Source of the DNA: Vitrella brassicaformis CCMP3155
Taxonomy: Eukaryota > Protista > Chromerida
NCBI GenBank assembly: GCA_001179505.1
Contig: CDMY01000467.1
Coordinates: 7,041 to 71,040, forward strand
Direction of reading: 5' to 3'
Length of the DNA stretch: 64,000 bases
This document shows positions 1 through 11,444 of this stretch, in pieces. Positions within the stretch are counted from its first letter, which is position 1. The number at the start of each line of letters is the position of its first letter. Under the pieces are notes generated by a model, which saw only the letters and a list, made by a program, of their open reading frames with translations, did no database searches and was not told where the DNA came from. The translations under genes and the position numbers were made by a program.

Positions 1-360
1 CTTCCTTCACCTTCTCAACGAAAGCTTCGGGAAAGGCCAACTCCCGTGGCGTGACGGGCGGTGTGTACAAGGCTCGGGAACGTATTCACCGCCGTATTGC
101 TGACCGGCGATTACTAGCGATTCCGGCTTCACGTGGGCGAGTTGCAGCCCACGATCCGAAGTGGGGCCGGGTTTAGGGAAACCTTCCCTCGCGGAAAGGC
201 ACAGGTGACGTGTTTCCTGCCAACCATTGACCCGACCATTGTAGCACGTGTGTAGCCCAGGGCATAAGGGGCATGATGACTTGACGTCATCCCCACCTTC
301 CTCCAGCTCCGAACCGAAGTTCGGTATTTGGCAGTCTCTGCAGCCTAGCGGCTCCAGATG

Positions 361-393
<33 letters not shown>

Positions 394-486
394 CCTCACG
401 ACACGAGCTGACGACAGCCGTGCACCACCTGTGTGTGCCCGTAGTGCGGAACCCCGTTAGGAGCGCGCAGGCACCATGTCAAGCCC

Positions 487-541
<55 letters not shown>

Positions 542-1083
542 AGCCCCCGTCAATTCCTTTGAGTTTCACCCTTGCAAGCGTACTCCTCAGGCGGGGCACT
601 TATCGCGTTAGCTGGGATACTGCGCGTCCCACGCGCAGCATCGAGTGCCCATCGTTTACGGCTAGGACTACTGGGGTCTCTAATCCCATTCGCTCCCCTA
701 GCTTTCGTCTCTCAGTGTCAGGCGCGGCCCAGTGGGGAGCTTTCGCCTCCGGCCTTCTCCCACGTATCTAAGCATTTCACTGCTCCTCGAGGGATTCCCC
801 CCACCTCTACCGGCCTCCAGTCTGATAGTCTCCACATGCCCCACAGAGTTAAGCCCTGCGTTTGGACAGCAGACACACCAAACCACCTACAGACGCTTTA
901 CGCCCAATAAATCCGGATAACGCTTGCATCCCCCGTCTTACCGCGGCTGCTGGCACGGAGTTAGCCGATACTTGCTTCCCGGGCGGTCAGTCTTCCTGTG
1001 CCCGTGCAAAGAAGTTTACGACCGAAAGTGGCCTTCTTCCTTCACGCGGCGTCGCACTGTCAGGCTTGCGCCCATTGCAGAAG

Positions 1084-1132
<49 letters not shown>

Positions 1133-1436
1133 ATGTGGCCGGCCGCCCTCTCAGGCCAGCTACTGATCCTCGCCTTGGTAGGCCATTACCCGCACCAACT
1201 AGCTAATCAGCCGCAGGCCCATCCCCAGACACTCTAGCTAGCAGCTAGAACTTTCCAAAGCACTTCCTGCGCCTATAGGGGATTACCGAAGGTTTCCCTC
1301 CATTATACCCGTATCTGGGGGCAGGTGCCCACGTGTTACTCACCCGTACGCCATGGGGCCGAAGCCCCATACGACTTGCATGTGTTAGGCACGCCGACTC
1401 GCGTTCATCCTGAGCCAGGATCAAACTCGCACTAAA
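1..1436 (-). rRNA. rrs: Plastid 16S rRNA (3' end lies outside the window; 5' end approximate)
   Basis: Reverse complement contains GAGTTTGATCCTGGCTCAG, GTGCCAGCAGCCGCGGTAA, AAACTCAAAGGAATTGACGG and TGTACACACCGCCCGTCAC. Confidence 0.97.
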
Positions 1437-1532
1437 ACTTTCCCGAAACAGGCTAGAACCGTCTGAAGCCGGAACTTCTCTTTTCATCTCTACCATCTAT
1501 ACGCTGTAGCAATACGTCGTCGTGTTGTTTTT

Positions 1533-1608
1533 GAGCGGGGAGTGGGGTCGAACCACTGACCTCCGGGTCATGAGCCCGATGAGCTGTACCGCGCTGCTCT
1601 ACCCCGCC
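1533..1608 (-). tRNA. trnfM: tRNA-fMet (CAU)
   Basis: Cloverleaf; anticodon stem TCGGG/CCCGG with initiator-type G-C pairs; CAT anticodon. Confidence 0.88.
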
Positions 1609-1844
1609 GGAAAGCCGCGAGGGGGCACTACTAACCTGCGTTAGTTTGTCCCTTTACCCTAATCTGGGACAGGTAGGGCGAGAGGGAGGGTTGGGCCCCA
1701 GGTGGGATTTCAACCCCAACTGCAACTATAGAAACCATGGGCTCTAACCTCATGGCTGTTCTTCTTACACCCTCCTTCACCATGCAGAACTTTTTCCATC
1801 GTTTGGCTAGCAAGCTAACGGCCTTTGAGGCAACTAGACCCGAA

Positions 1845-1917
1845 GGGGGCATAGCTCAGTTGGTAGAGCGCGGCCTTTGCAAGGCTGAGGTCAGGGGTTC
1901 GAATCCCCTTGCCTCCA
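1845..1917 (+). tRNA. trnA: tRNA-Ala (UGC)
   Basis: GGGGGCA acceptor stem, TGC anticodon, TTCGAAT T-loop. Confidence 0.95.
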
Positions 1918-1926
1918 CACTTACAG

Positions 1927-1998
1927 GGGTTGGTAACTCAACGGCAGAGTACTCGGCTTTTAACCGAACGGTTCTGGGTTCGAATCCCAGCCAACTCA
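1927..1998 (+). tRNA. trnK: tRNA-Lys (UUU)
   Basis: Cloverleaf; CTTTTAA anticodon loop. Confidence 0.93.
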
Positions 1999-2088
1999 AA
2001 CCCAACACTTAAACACTTAGGGGCACCGAAGACAAAACGGAGGGCAAGGGGGTTTGGTTTAGCAAGGTTCTATTCTAGCCTCTAGCCA

Positions 2089-2382
2089 ATGGCGCATAAA
2101 AAAGGTGCAGGAAGCACTAAGAACGGCCGCGACTCCAACCCCAAGAGACTGGGAGTGAAGCGCTTCGCTGGGCAGTGGGTTTTTCCAGGCCAAGTTTTGG
2201 TTCGACAGCGAGGCGCCGTGTTTAAGCCTAGCCTGCCGCAAACCCAGCGGGGGCGCGACTTTACTATTTACTCTAACAGGCCCGGCTTTCTTTCCTTTAA
2301 GGGCCGAAGACTGGAGGTGAGTTGTGCCCCAAGACCGTCTCTCTTGGTGTGTAAGTTCGCCCATCTGTGGGCTATGGAGTAA
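2089..2382 (+). CDS. rpl27: 50S ribosomal protein L27
   Basis: MAHKKGAGSTKNGRDSNPKRLGVK N-terminus. Confidence 0.95.
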   Translation: MAHKKGAGSTKNGRDSNPKRLGVKRFAGQWVFPGQVLVRQRGAVFKPSLPQTQRGRDFTIYSNRPGFLSFKGRRLEVSCAPRPSLLVCKFAHLWAME

Positions 2383-2427
2383 ACTAACTAGCTAGGCTAC
2401 ATTACTGATCAGAAGCCACACAAGCAC

Positions 2428-3261
2428 ATGAAACTAGCTGTCTACGGGAAAGGGGGCATTGGGAAGTCTACGACCAGCTGCAATATCTCAGTAGCTCTGG
2501 CCCGACGAGGCAAGCGAGTGCTTCAGATTGGGTGTGACCCAAAACACGACAGCACCTTTACCCTCACTGGATTCCTAATCCCCACTATTATAGACACACT
2601 GCAGGCCAAAGACTACCATTATGAGGATGTATGGCCAGAGGATGTCATACACCGCGGATACGGCGGGGTAGACTGCGTGGAGGCGGGAGGACCCCCAGCG
2701 GGAGCCGGTTGCGGAGGCTATGTGGTGGGAGAAACGGTTAAACTCCTGAAGGAGCTCAATGCTTTTGACGAGTACGACGTTATTCTGTTCGATGTGTTGG
2801 GTGATGTGGTCTGCGGGGGATTCGCTGCTCCCCTTAACTACGCAGACTATTGCCTCATTGTCACGGACAACGGGTTTGATGCTCTATTTGCGGCCAATCG
2901 TATTGTGGCCTCTGTCCGGGAAAAAGCACGTACCCACGCTCTGCGCCTGGCCGGGCTTATAGGAAACCGGACTGCTAAACGGGACTTGATTGACAAGTAC
3001 CTTGAGACTGTTCCGGTGCCCGTTTTAGAAGTCCTACCTCTCATAGAAGATATCAGAATCTCTAGGGTCAAAGGAAAAACCATCTTCGAGATCTGCGAGC
3101 AAGAGCCAGCCCTGGTTTCGGTCTGCGGCTACTACCTTAATATAGCCGACCAGCTTCTAGCCCAGCCTGAGGGGGTAGTGCCGCGCGAAGCGGCAGACCG
3201 CGACCTTTTCAGTTTACTGTCCGATTTTTACCTAGCCCCTTCCTCTGTTTCTCGTCCATAG
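2428..3261 (+). CDS. chlL: Light-independent protochlorophyllide reductase Fe protein
   Basis: [13 protein letters not shown]-loop; GCGGY and DVVCGGF Fe-S cysteines. Confidence 0.98.
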   Translation: MKLAVYGKGGIGKSTTSCNISVALARRGKRVLQIGCDPKHDSTFTLTGFLIPTIIDTLQAKDYHYEDVWPEDVIHRGYGGVDCVEAGGPPAGAGCGGYVVGETVKLLKELNAFDEYDVILFDVLGDVVCGGFAAPLNYADYCLIVTDNGFDALFAANRIVASVREKARTHALRLAGLIGNRTAKRDLIDKYLETVPVPVLEVLPLIEDIRISRVKGKTIFEICEQEPALVSVCGYYLNIADQLLAQPEGVVPREAADRDLFSLLSDFYLAPSSVSRP

Positions 3262-3284
3262 CCTGGGGCAGAGGGTGTCGATGA

Positions 3285-4616
<1,332 letters not shown>

Positions 4617-4632
4617 ATAATTAAAAAGGGAT

Positions 4633-4705
4633 GGGCAGTTAGCTCAGGTGGTAGAGCACCTGCCTTACAAGCAGGGGGCCACTGGTTCGAATCCGGTACT
4701 GCCCA
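4633..4705 (+). tRNA. trnV: tRNA-Val (UAC)
   Basis: Cloverleaf; CTTACAA loop. Confidence 0.95.
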
Positions 4706-4709
4706 CCTC

Positions 4710-4782
4710 GGGCCCATCGTCTAAGGGAAGAAGACAGAAACCTTCTAAGTTTCCAATGTAGGTTCGAGTCCTACTGGGCCCA
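4710..4782 (+). tRNA. trnR: tRNA-Arg (UCU)
   Basis: Cloverleaf; CTTCTAA loop. Confidence 0.94.
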
Positions 4783-4784
4783 AG

Positions 4785-4866
4785 ACGGACGTGGCGGAAT
4801 TGGTAGACGCGCCAGATTTAGGTCCTGGTAGGGATCCCTGTGAGAGTTCGAGTCTCTCCGTCCGTA
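4785..4866 (+). tRNA. trnL: tRNA-Leu (UAG)
   Basis: Long variable arm; TTTAGGT loop. Confidence 0.92.
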
Positions 4867-4914
4867 TGCCCTCCCGCCATCGTGCAGGGGTTGAGGTCAA
4901 AGAGGGGGGCCTTG

Positions 4915-4987
4915 GCTGGTGTAGCTCAACCGGTAGAGCGACTGATTTGTAATCAGTCGGTTGGGGGTTCAAGTCCCTTCACCAGCT
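4915..4987 (+). tRNA. trnT: tRNA-Thr (UGU)
   Basis: Cloverleaf; TTTGTAA loop. Confidence 0.94.
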
Positions 4988-5084
4988 CGGCTTCCACATG
5001 GAAAGCTGCCTGTACTTTCTCCGCGCTGCTCTGGTTGTTAGTGCATACGGTAGCGGGGAATCAAAGAAGTGTTTGCTAGCTCAG

Positions 5085-5204
5085 ATGGTAGAAGGAGGTC
5101 GCGTGCCTTTATGGTTAATTGCTTGTATAGGGGGTATGGCCGTTTTAACGCTTTTGGGCTTGTTTATCTATGGTTCTTACTCGGGGCTAGGGTCATCGAT
5201 CTAA
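5085..5204 (+). CDS. psbJ: Photosystem II protein J
   Basis: [39 protein letters not shown] (39 aa). Confidence 0.93.
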   Translation: MVEGGRVPLWLIACIGGMAVLTLLGLFIYGSYSGLGSSI

Positions 5205-5320
5205 CCTGGAGAACCACAGCGGGTCCAAAAAAAGATTTTACCAAAAAATAGAAAAAGATAGACCGACATTAGGGGTCCGGTGAGAAGCCAAGCTCGATAC
5301 ACTTAGACAAATAAACACAG

Positions 5321-5419
5321 ATGGAGGCTGCAGTCTATAGCTTGTTACTACTGAGCACCCTTCTGGTGCTTTTCTTAGCCGTGTTCTTCAGAGAGCCGCC
5401 ACGCATCTTAGGTCAATAA
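5321..5419 (+). CDS. psbT: Photosystem II protein T
   Basis: Hand translation MEAAVYSLLLLSTLLVLFLAVFFREPPRILGQ; FFREPPRI motif. Confidence 0.93.
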   Translation: MEAAVYSLLLLSTLLVLFLAVFFREPPRILGQ

Positions 5420-5439
5420 AGTGAAGCACGGCAGTAAAC

Positions 5440-5988
5440 ATGATTACTAGAAATAACTTTTACACGCCTTCCCGGGTGTCCATAAAGATTCGTGGTTCTC
5501 GTGAGTGGGCAACTCTTCTTTGGGCCCTTGGGCTGTGTGCGGGGGGAATCTTCTTTTTTAACAAGGGCTTAGCCTCTTATTTCGGCGACGAATATCTAGT
5601 TTACGTTCCTCAAGGTATTTTTCTTGTTTTTTACGGAACTCTGGCGTTGATTCTGTCCGGATTCTTTCTGGCGAGCGTTCTGTGGGACGTAGGATCAGGA
5701 ACTTGCACGATGGACAGAAACCGTGACTTGTGTAGATTGTTGCGATTAAACTTTCCTGGCAAATATCGCTTTTTCGAGATGACATTTCTTCCTTCCGGAG
5801 TCCAAAGCGTTAACTTGGATGTACAATCAGGACTTTTCCCGAGGCGAGTCTTGGCTTTGACTATAAGCTCTAACAGCATTCCCCTTAACTCAAATCAAGA
5901 GCTAGTGAAGATAACCACCATGGAGACACTAGCGCTAGCTTTAGCAAAATGGTTAGACGTGGGTTTTGAATGGCGAGAGTCAGGCTAG
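5440..5988 (+). CDS. ycf4: PSI assembly protein Ycf4 (divergent)
   Basis: GSR...GLASY, YVPQGIFLVFYG, WDVGSG, FPGKYR motifs. Confidence 0.88.
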   Translation: MITRNNFYTPSRVSIKIRGSREWATLLWALGLCAGGIFFFNKGLASYFGDEYLVYVPQGIFLVFYGTLALILSGFFLASVLWDVGSGTCTMDRNRDLCRLLRLNFPGKYRFFEMTFLPSGVQSVNLDVQSGLFPRRVLALTISSNSIPLNSNQELVKITTMETLALALAKWLDVGFEWRESG

Positions 5989-6170
5989 TTTCACTGAACA
6001 AAGAGATTCCAAAATGTGGACAGAAGTCTCCCGTCTTGCGTTTGTCCCAAAGCAACGACCTCACTAAAATTAAGAAGTGACCGGTTTTAACTATGTTAAA
6101 ATGATGAACGTAGTCCATTCAAGCTCTGGAGCTAAGTTTGGTGTGAGGCCCTAGACGATTCCATAACGTT

Positions 6171-6425
6171 ATGTCAGGAGGATCCACAGGAGAGCGACCA
6201 TTCTCAGAAATCATCACTAGTACTAGATACTGGATTATTCACAGTGTCACTATTCCATCGCTATTTTTGTCTGGCTGGATTTTTATCAGAACGGGACTGG
6301 CGTACGACTTGTTCGGCACCCCTCGCTCCACTGACTATTTCTTACCAGAAAGACAACAAGTTCCCCTAGTAAACGATAGATTTAGTGCAAAACAGGAACT
6401 AGAGGATTTAACTAGAGATCTTTAG
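6171..6425 (+). CDS. psbE: Cytochrome b559 alpha
   Basis: [32 protein letters not shown]. Confidence 0.97.
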   Translation: MSGGSTGERPFSEIITSTRYWIIHSVTIPSLFLSGWIFIRTGLAYDLFGTPRSTDYFLPERQQVPLVNDRFSAKQELEDLTRDL

Positions 6426-6512
6426 AAGATCCCCAGTCGACTCATAGAAAACCACTAATAGTGCAAGAGCTTTCTACCTGTGTGGGTTATTACATTTAAG
6501 CGATACATCTCA

Positions 6513-6659
6513 ATGGTTAACGGATCTACCACTCCAGCTAAAAATCTTCCTATCTCTTATCCAATCATAACGGTCCGATGGCTGGCAGTACACGCTTTAG
6601 CTATTCCTACCGTATTCTTTTTTGGTGCTCTCACCGCCATGCAGTTTATTCAGAGATAG
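6513..6659 (+). CDS. psbF: Cytochrome b559 beta
   Basis: Hand translation ...[34 protein letters not shown]. Confidence 0.95.
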   Translation: MVNGSTTPAKNLPISYPIITVRWLAVHALAIPTVFFFGALTAMQFIQR

Positions 6660-6732
6660 TCAAGTAGCCGTCCATATAGAAGGTGACAGTAGTGTTTTAT
6701 TTGTTATTGTACTGAAAAGTTCTATTTAACCT

Positions 6733-6882
6733 ATGAAAGAGAGCATTTTGTTTGGTATTGTAATTGGCATGTCTAGCGTTTCGTTAGCTGGGCTATTAGC
6801 TACAGCTTTAGCTCAGTACGTTCGTGGGAAACAACTGCAGACAGCATACGAGCAACCAGAAAGGCCCAATGCTTCCCCCTAG
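6733..6882 (+). CDS. petG: Cytochrome b6f subunit V, with ~12-aa C-terminal extension
   Basis: MKESILFGIVIGMSSVSLAGLLATALAQYVRGKQL... matches the PetG pattern (E..L.GIV.G...V.LAGL...A..QY.RG.QL). Confidence 0.85.
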   Translation: MKESILFGIVIGMSSVSLAGLLATALAQYVRGKQLQTAYEQPERPNASP

Positions 6883-6939
6883 TACGCGAACGTAAGGTGT
6901 ATCTTTGCATATCTTGTTTATCTAGCAGCTATCTTTCAT

Positions 6940-7071
6940 TTAATCCTCGTGTTCCTCAAACGGATCTTTTAAATATGCCGAACCTGGTCCAAAAGCGGCG
7001 TAGCCGGCATATAAAACAACCCCTAAAAGAGTTCCACAGGTAAAACACACTAAGATTTTAGTTGTATCCAT
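6940..7071 (-). CDS. psbN: PsbN
   Basis: MDTTKILVCFTCGTLLGVVLYAGYAAFGPGSAYLKDPFEEHED; GGAGG directly before the ATG. Confidence 0.93.
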   Translation of the reverse strand: MDTTKILVCFTCGTLLGVVLYAGYAAFGPGSAYLKDPFEEHED

Positions 7072-7168
7072 CCTCCAATTTTCAGGCATTGAAGCGACGA
7101 TTCATATCTTAACTCAGAGTGTAGTGCTGTAAATAGACCAGCTTCTTCCTTAACGACCTCATTTATAT

Positions 7169-7372
7169 ATGGCCAAGAGCACGCGTCTAACGGAAATTTT
7201 AAAATCCTTCAATTTTAATCAGGCCGCGGGAGAAGTAGAGCCTGGATGGGGGCCTGCCCCTTTAATGCTAGTACTGATTTTGTTGTTTGTGGTGTTTTTG
7301 TTTATTCTGCTGCAAATCTACAACTCAACTCTATTGCTAGACGGTGTGGAAGTAGAGTGGAAAACCATTTAG
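7169..7372 (+). CDS. psbH: Photosystem II protein H
   Basis: GEVEPGWGPAPLM...ILLQIYNSTLLLDGV; divergent from psbN. Confidence 0.94.
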   Translation: MAKSTRLTEILKSFNFNQAAGEVEPGWGPAPLMLVLILLFVVFLFILLQIYNSTLLLDGVEVEWKTI

Positions 7373-7472
7373 TTCTAGTTTCCTTAGGATTTAGCATGAG
7401 ACTGTAAAGGGCAATGGAGAGCCGACCAAAGAAAAGGGTGAGAAGGACATAGAAATCGATCTTTGTTGATAT

Positions 7473-8978
7473 ATGGCAACAACAAAATCTAGACGAAGAA
7501 GACTTCGTTTCGGCGGGGGAGAAGTCGAAACTTTGGGAGACGGAATCGCTCGCGTAAAAGGCATCAAAAACGTTCAGGCTGGGGAAATAGTCATTTTTCA
7601 AGATGGGACCAGAGGCCTGGCCTTAAATCTTGAAGAAAACAATGTAGGAGTGGTTCTTCTAGGAACTTCTTATAGGTTATCCCAAGGCAGCAAAGTCTTT
7701 TGCACCGCGGAGATTGCTCGAGTACCGGTAGGAGAAGACCTTCTTGGTCGAGTCGTCAACCCTCTCGGCAAACCTATAGATGGTCAAGCTGACTATAGAA
7801 GTGCGGGCATGAGTGAAAAAAGACTACTACTAAGACGCATCGAGTCGTCTGCGCCTGGAATTGTAGTTAGAAGATCGGTCGAGCAACCGATGCAAACTGG
7901 CGTAATCGCAATAGACTCCATGATACCTGTAGGTAGGGGGCAGAGAGAATTAATTATTGGTGACAGACAAACCGGAAAAACGTCGATAGCCCTGGACGCC
8001 ATTATTAATCAAGTTGGCTCGAAAGTGATTTGTGTGTATGTAGCGGTAGGTCAAAGAGCATACACAGTGGGGCAAATTAAAGAAGCTCTAGAAACTACCG
8101 GAGCGCTTGCTCAAACAGTCATTGTAGCAGCGTGCGCCAACGAGTCTGCGGCTCTGCAGTACATCTCACCTTACGTTGGAGCTACTGTAGCAGAGCATTT
8201 TATGTATGAGGGTTGTGATACACTAGTTATTTACGATGATTTATCAAAGCAAGCCCAGGCCTATAGAGAGATATCTTTAATATTGCGTCGTCCGCCGGGA
8301 CGAGAGGCCTACCCTGGGGACGTTTTCTATTTACATTCTCGCTTGTTAGAAAGAGCTGCGAAACTTGGAGCAGCGGCTGGAGGAGGCAGCATGACGGCAT
8401 TGCCTATTGTCGAAACTCAGGCCGGAGACGTCTCAGCTTATATTCCAACTAATGTGATCAGCATTACGGATGGTCAAATCTTCTTGTCCAAAGACTTATT
8501 TAACGCGGGTGTCCGTCCAGCTATTGACGTTGGCCTGTCTGTCTCTCGCGTAGGGTCAGCAGCACAAATCAAAGCCTTGAAACAGGTAGCAGGAAAATTA
8601 AAGCTAGAATTAGCGCAGTTTGCTGAGCTGCAAGCCTTTTCGAAATTTGCCTCTGAACTAGACAATGTAACGAAGTTTCGACTGGACCGTGGAATGCGGC
8701 TTCGCGAAATGTTGAAACAGCCAAGGACAGCTCCTATACCTGTCGAAGAGCAGATAGCTATTATCTATGCAGGCACTAATGGCTATTTGGACGATTTATC
8801 TCTCGATCAAGTCGGTCCTTATCTAAAAGATTACAGAGAACGGGTTAGGCAAGCCTCTACATCTGATAAACGTCCGTACATCGACACGGTTCGAACTACC
8901 AAGGTCTTAGATGATGGCCTTCAAAGACTTTTGGCCGAGACGGCGCAAGAGGTATTGAAAAATTACGTGCGTAAATAA
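7473..8978 (+). CDS. atpA: ATP synthase CF1 alpha
   Basis: [48 protein letters not shown]. Confidence 0.98.
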   Translation: MATTKSRRRRLRFGGGEVETLGDGIARVKGIKNVQAGEIVIFQDGTRGLALNLEENNVGVVLLGTSYRLSQGSKVFCTAEIARVPVGEDLLGRVVNPLGKPIDGQADYRSAGMSEKRLLLRRIESSAPGIVVRRSVEQPMQTGVIAIDSMIPVGRGQRELIIGDRQTGKTSIALDAIINQVGSKVICVYVAVGQRAYTVGQIKEALETTGALAQTVIVAACANESAALQYISPYVGATVAEHFMYEGCDTLVIYDDLSKQAQAYREISLILRRPPGREAYPGDVFYLHSRLLERAAKLGAAAGGGSMTALPIVETQAGDVSAYIPTNVISITDGQIFLSKDLFNAGVRPAIDVGLSVSRVGSAAQIKALKQVAGKLKLELAQFAELQAFSKFASELDNVTKFRLDRGMRLREMLKQPRTAPIPVEEQIAIIYAGTNGYLDDLSLDQVGPYLKDYRERVRQASTSDKRPYIDTVRTTKVLDDGLQRLLAETAQEVLKNYVRK

Positions 8979-9054
8979 AAAATGAATGACTAACGAATAA
9001 AAAGCTTTTATATTGGAGACAGTAAGCGCGAAGCCATGGCGCTATCTTTCCGAG

Positions 9055-9561
9055 CTAGTTCCTAATCATTCCGTTCCGGTGCTGCTTCAGCCAATTCTCG
9101 GCTTTTGTGTAGTTTCCTGGAACTAGTTTTATAGCTCTTTTCCAAAAAACAGACGCTAATTCAAACCATTCGTTGGCTAATAGATAATGTCCCCGATCGC
9201 TGCACTCTGTGCCCAAATAGTGACATAACACAGCCACATTATTCCATGCCTGGGGTAAAAGGCCATTAATGGCAAGAGCTGCCTTGAAGTATTTCATGGC
9301 TTTTTTGTAGGCACCATTATTTTGCAAAATAAGTCCTATGTTGTACCATATGTAACTCCTTTGAATAGGGTCTTCCTCTTCGCAAATAGCGTTATAATAG
9401 TTCTGAAGCGCCTCCAAGTAAGAGCCTCGAGTTTGGGCTTCCATGGCAGTCCTATAGTAAAAGAAAGATTTTTTGGCCTCGCTACTCGTTGGCAGGGAAC
9501 CCAGCAAAACATCTGCTAAAGACACGAAAGTCTTGTCTATAAAATTGTCACTCCCAAGCAT
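9055..9561 (-). CDS. ycf3: PSI assembly TPR protein Ycf3
   Basis: NFIDKTF..LAD, YYR..M.AQ..G.Y.EALQNY, SYIWYNIGLI, LPQAWNN. Confidence 0.92.
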   Translation of the reverse strand: MLGSDNFIDKTFVSLADVLLGSLPTSSEAKKSFFYYRTAMEAQTRGSYLEALQNYYNAICEEEDPIQRSYIWYNIGLILQNNGAYKKAMKYFKAALAINGLLPQAWNNVAVLCHYLGTECSDRGHYLLANEWFELASVFWKRAIKLVPGNYTKAENWLKQHRNGMIRN

Positions 9562-9629
9562 CAGTTCGCCTTTTTCCAAACACCTTGCCTAAACATCCAT
9601 TACATTGTTGCACCTGATAGAAGTTATTG

Positions 9630-9893
<264 letters not shown>

Positions 9894-9955
9894 TTAGTGC
9901 TTGAACATTAGAATACTGGGTCTCAATAAACCACCACTTAAGCAATGAACCGGTT

Positions 9956-10672
9956 TTATTCCTGGGCTTCTTCTATGTAGCCGGCAGCCAGAGTGGTAAA
10001 GATTACTGCCTGCACGCTTCCGGCGAATACTCCCAGTGCAATGATCGGCAAAGGAATGATCAGAGGCACCAACAGTGAAAAGACTGCCACAGTCAAGTCA
10101 TCTGCCAACACGTTCCCAAAAAGTCGGAAACTTAAGGAAAGTGGCTTGGCAAAATCCTCGAGCAAATTAATAGGTAACAAAATAGGTGTCGGCTTAATGT
10201 AACGTCTAAATGCCCCTAGACCTTTGCGTCGTATTCCAGCGTAGAAGTAAGCAATCGACACCATCAAGGCCAGCGCAACGGTTACATTGATGTCCGTACT
10301 AGGAGAAACAAACTCAGCACCCGGCAAAGTAATTAATTTTAAAGGCAAAATAATGTTCCAGTTCCAGAGAAGAATTTGAATGTAGACAATGATGAAAAAC
10401 GGTCTCCAGGGGCGTACATATTTTCTTCCCAAACAAGAGACCAAAATATTGTTAACAGTTTTGAAAGAAATTTGAAAAGGTGACCACAGAGTTTCCAGAG
10501 CATTCAAAAAGCCTTTTCCTCCAACCCTGGCCAATCCAGTCAAAACAAGCAAAGGAGCTATGGTAATTAAAATCGACAAAATTACCGTTCCGTGCAATTT
10601 GAGCCCTGAAATGAACCAGTAGTACTGACCCCCCACTGCTATCCCTTCAGATATAAGTTGGTTCAAAAGCAT
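9956..10672 (-). CDS. atpI: ATP synthase CF0 subunit a
   Basis: PSTDINVTVALAL, KPLSLSFRLFGNVLAD. Confidence 0.95.
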   Translation of the reverse strand: MLLNQLISEGIAVGGQYYWFISGLKLHGTVILSILITIAPLLVLTGLARVGGKGFLNALETLWSPFQISFKTVNNILVSCLGRKYVRPWRPFFIIVYIQILLWNWNIILPLKLITLPGAEFVSPSTDINVTVALALMVSIAYFYAGIRRKGLGAFRRYIKPTPILLPINLLEDFAKPLSLSFRLFGNVLADDLTVAVFSLLVPLIIPLPIIALGVFAGSVQAVIFTTLAAGYIEEAQE

Positions 10673-10727
10673 ATCTTTTATAAGCGCGTGTTTAGCTTAC
10701 GAATTAACCACTATAGTGACTTTAAAC

Positions 10728-11444
10728 TTAGAGAGAACCGACGTAATAGCGAACTAATTTGCCTCGAAGAATAGCAGTACTAAGAATTTGAAGCACTGTT
10801 TTCACCGAAAGACTACTGTCGTCGTTGGCAGGCACCGGCATGTGTATGGAGTTCACATGGCTCGCGGAATCTGTTATACCCACGAGAATTCGTCTCAGTT
10901 TGATACTTTCTAGGATAGCCTGCTTTTCGTGTTCCGGATCCACAATAATAATTATGTTGGGGACAGAGTGCAGCCCAACCAGACCGCTCATCTCTAAACT
11001 CAGTTTTGTGTATCTCCTTTCTAAAGAAAGAACGAGTCCCTTTGGTAAAGCCTTGAGAGAATCCCGCTTTTGCAGCCAGAGAAACACCCGGTTAAACCAT
11101 GATAGAAGCCTGACTCGCCCGCGCAAAAACGTCCAGTTGGTCAATAAACCGCTTCTCCAAACTTGATTCACATAAAAGGAGCCACAGCAGACAGCTGCTC
11201 TTTTAGTCCAGGGAGAGGCAACTGCCTTTGTCCCAACAAACAGAAACTTGTGGCCTCTCTTGGCCATTTTGAACAAATAAGTATATGCCGTTGACAACAG
11301 TTTAGCTGTTTGGACAAGGTCGATTAAGTAATGGCTTCTCACTACAGCGCGCGTGAAGAATGCAATGCGTGGGTGCCACTTTGATTTACTGTGCCCCAAA
11401 TACACCTTGTTTTTTATTAAAGACTCTAAACTGACTAAAGACAT
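10728..11444 (-). CDS. rps2: 30S ribosomal protein S2
   Basis: LGH...WHPR, FLFVGTK, GLLTNW, IPVPAND-like motif; follows rpoC2. Confidence 0.9.
   Translation of the reverse strand: MSLVSLESLIKNKVYLGHSKSKWHPRIAFFTRAVVRSHYLIDLVQTAKLLSTAYTYLFKMAKRGHKFLFVGTKAVASPWTKRAAVCCGSFYVNQVWRSGLLTNWTFLRGRVRLLSWFNRVFLWLQKRDSLKALPKGLVLSLERRYTKLSLEMSGLVGLHSVPNIIIIVDPEHEKQAILESIKLRRILVGITDSASHVNSIHMPVPANDDSSLSVKTVLQILSTAILRGKLVRYYVGSL

Noticed and set aside
7-1496. Multiple ORFs of 60-130 aa over the first 1.5 kb
   Set aside because: They overlap the 16S rRNA on either strand and are spurious
5205-5320. Possible 5S rRNA between psbJ and psbT (CCTGG, GAACCAC, AGCTCGA motifs)
   Set aside because: Motif spacing does not fit 5S, the middle is an A-rich run, and no terminal helix could be formed
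5885-6118. 77-aa minus-strand ORF with a FCPH motif (Rpl33-like?)
   Set aside because: It overlaps ycf4 antisense, has only one Cys-containing motif and shows no other L33 features
7302-7601. 99-aa minus-strand ORF with a psaM-like stretch (FFGRLSIALY)
   Set aside because: It is antisense to psbH and atpA, has no suitable start, and the similarity is too weak
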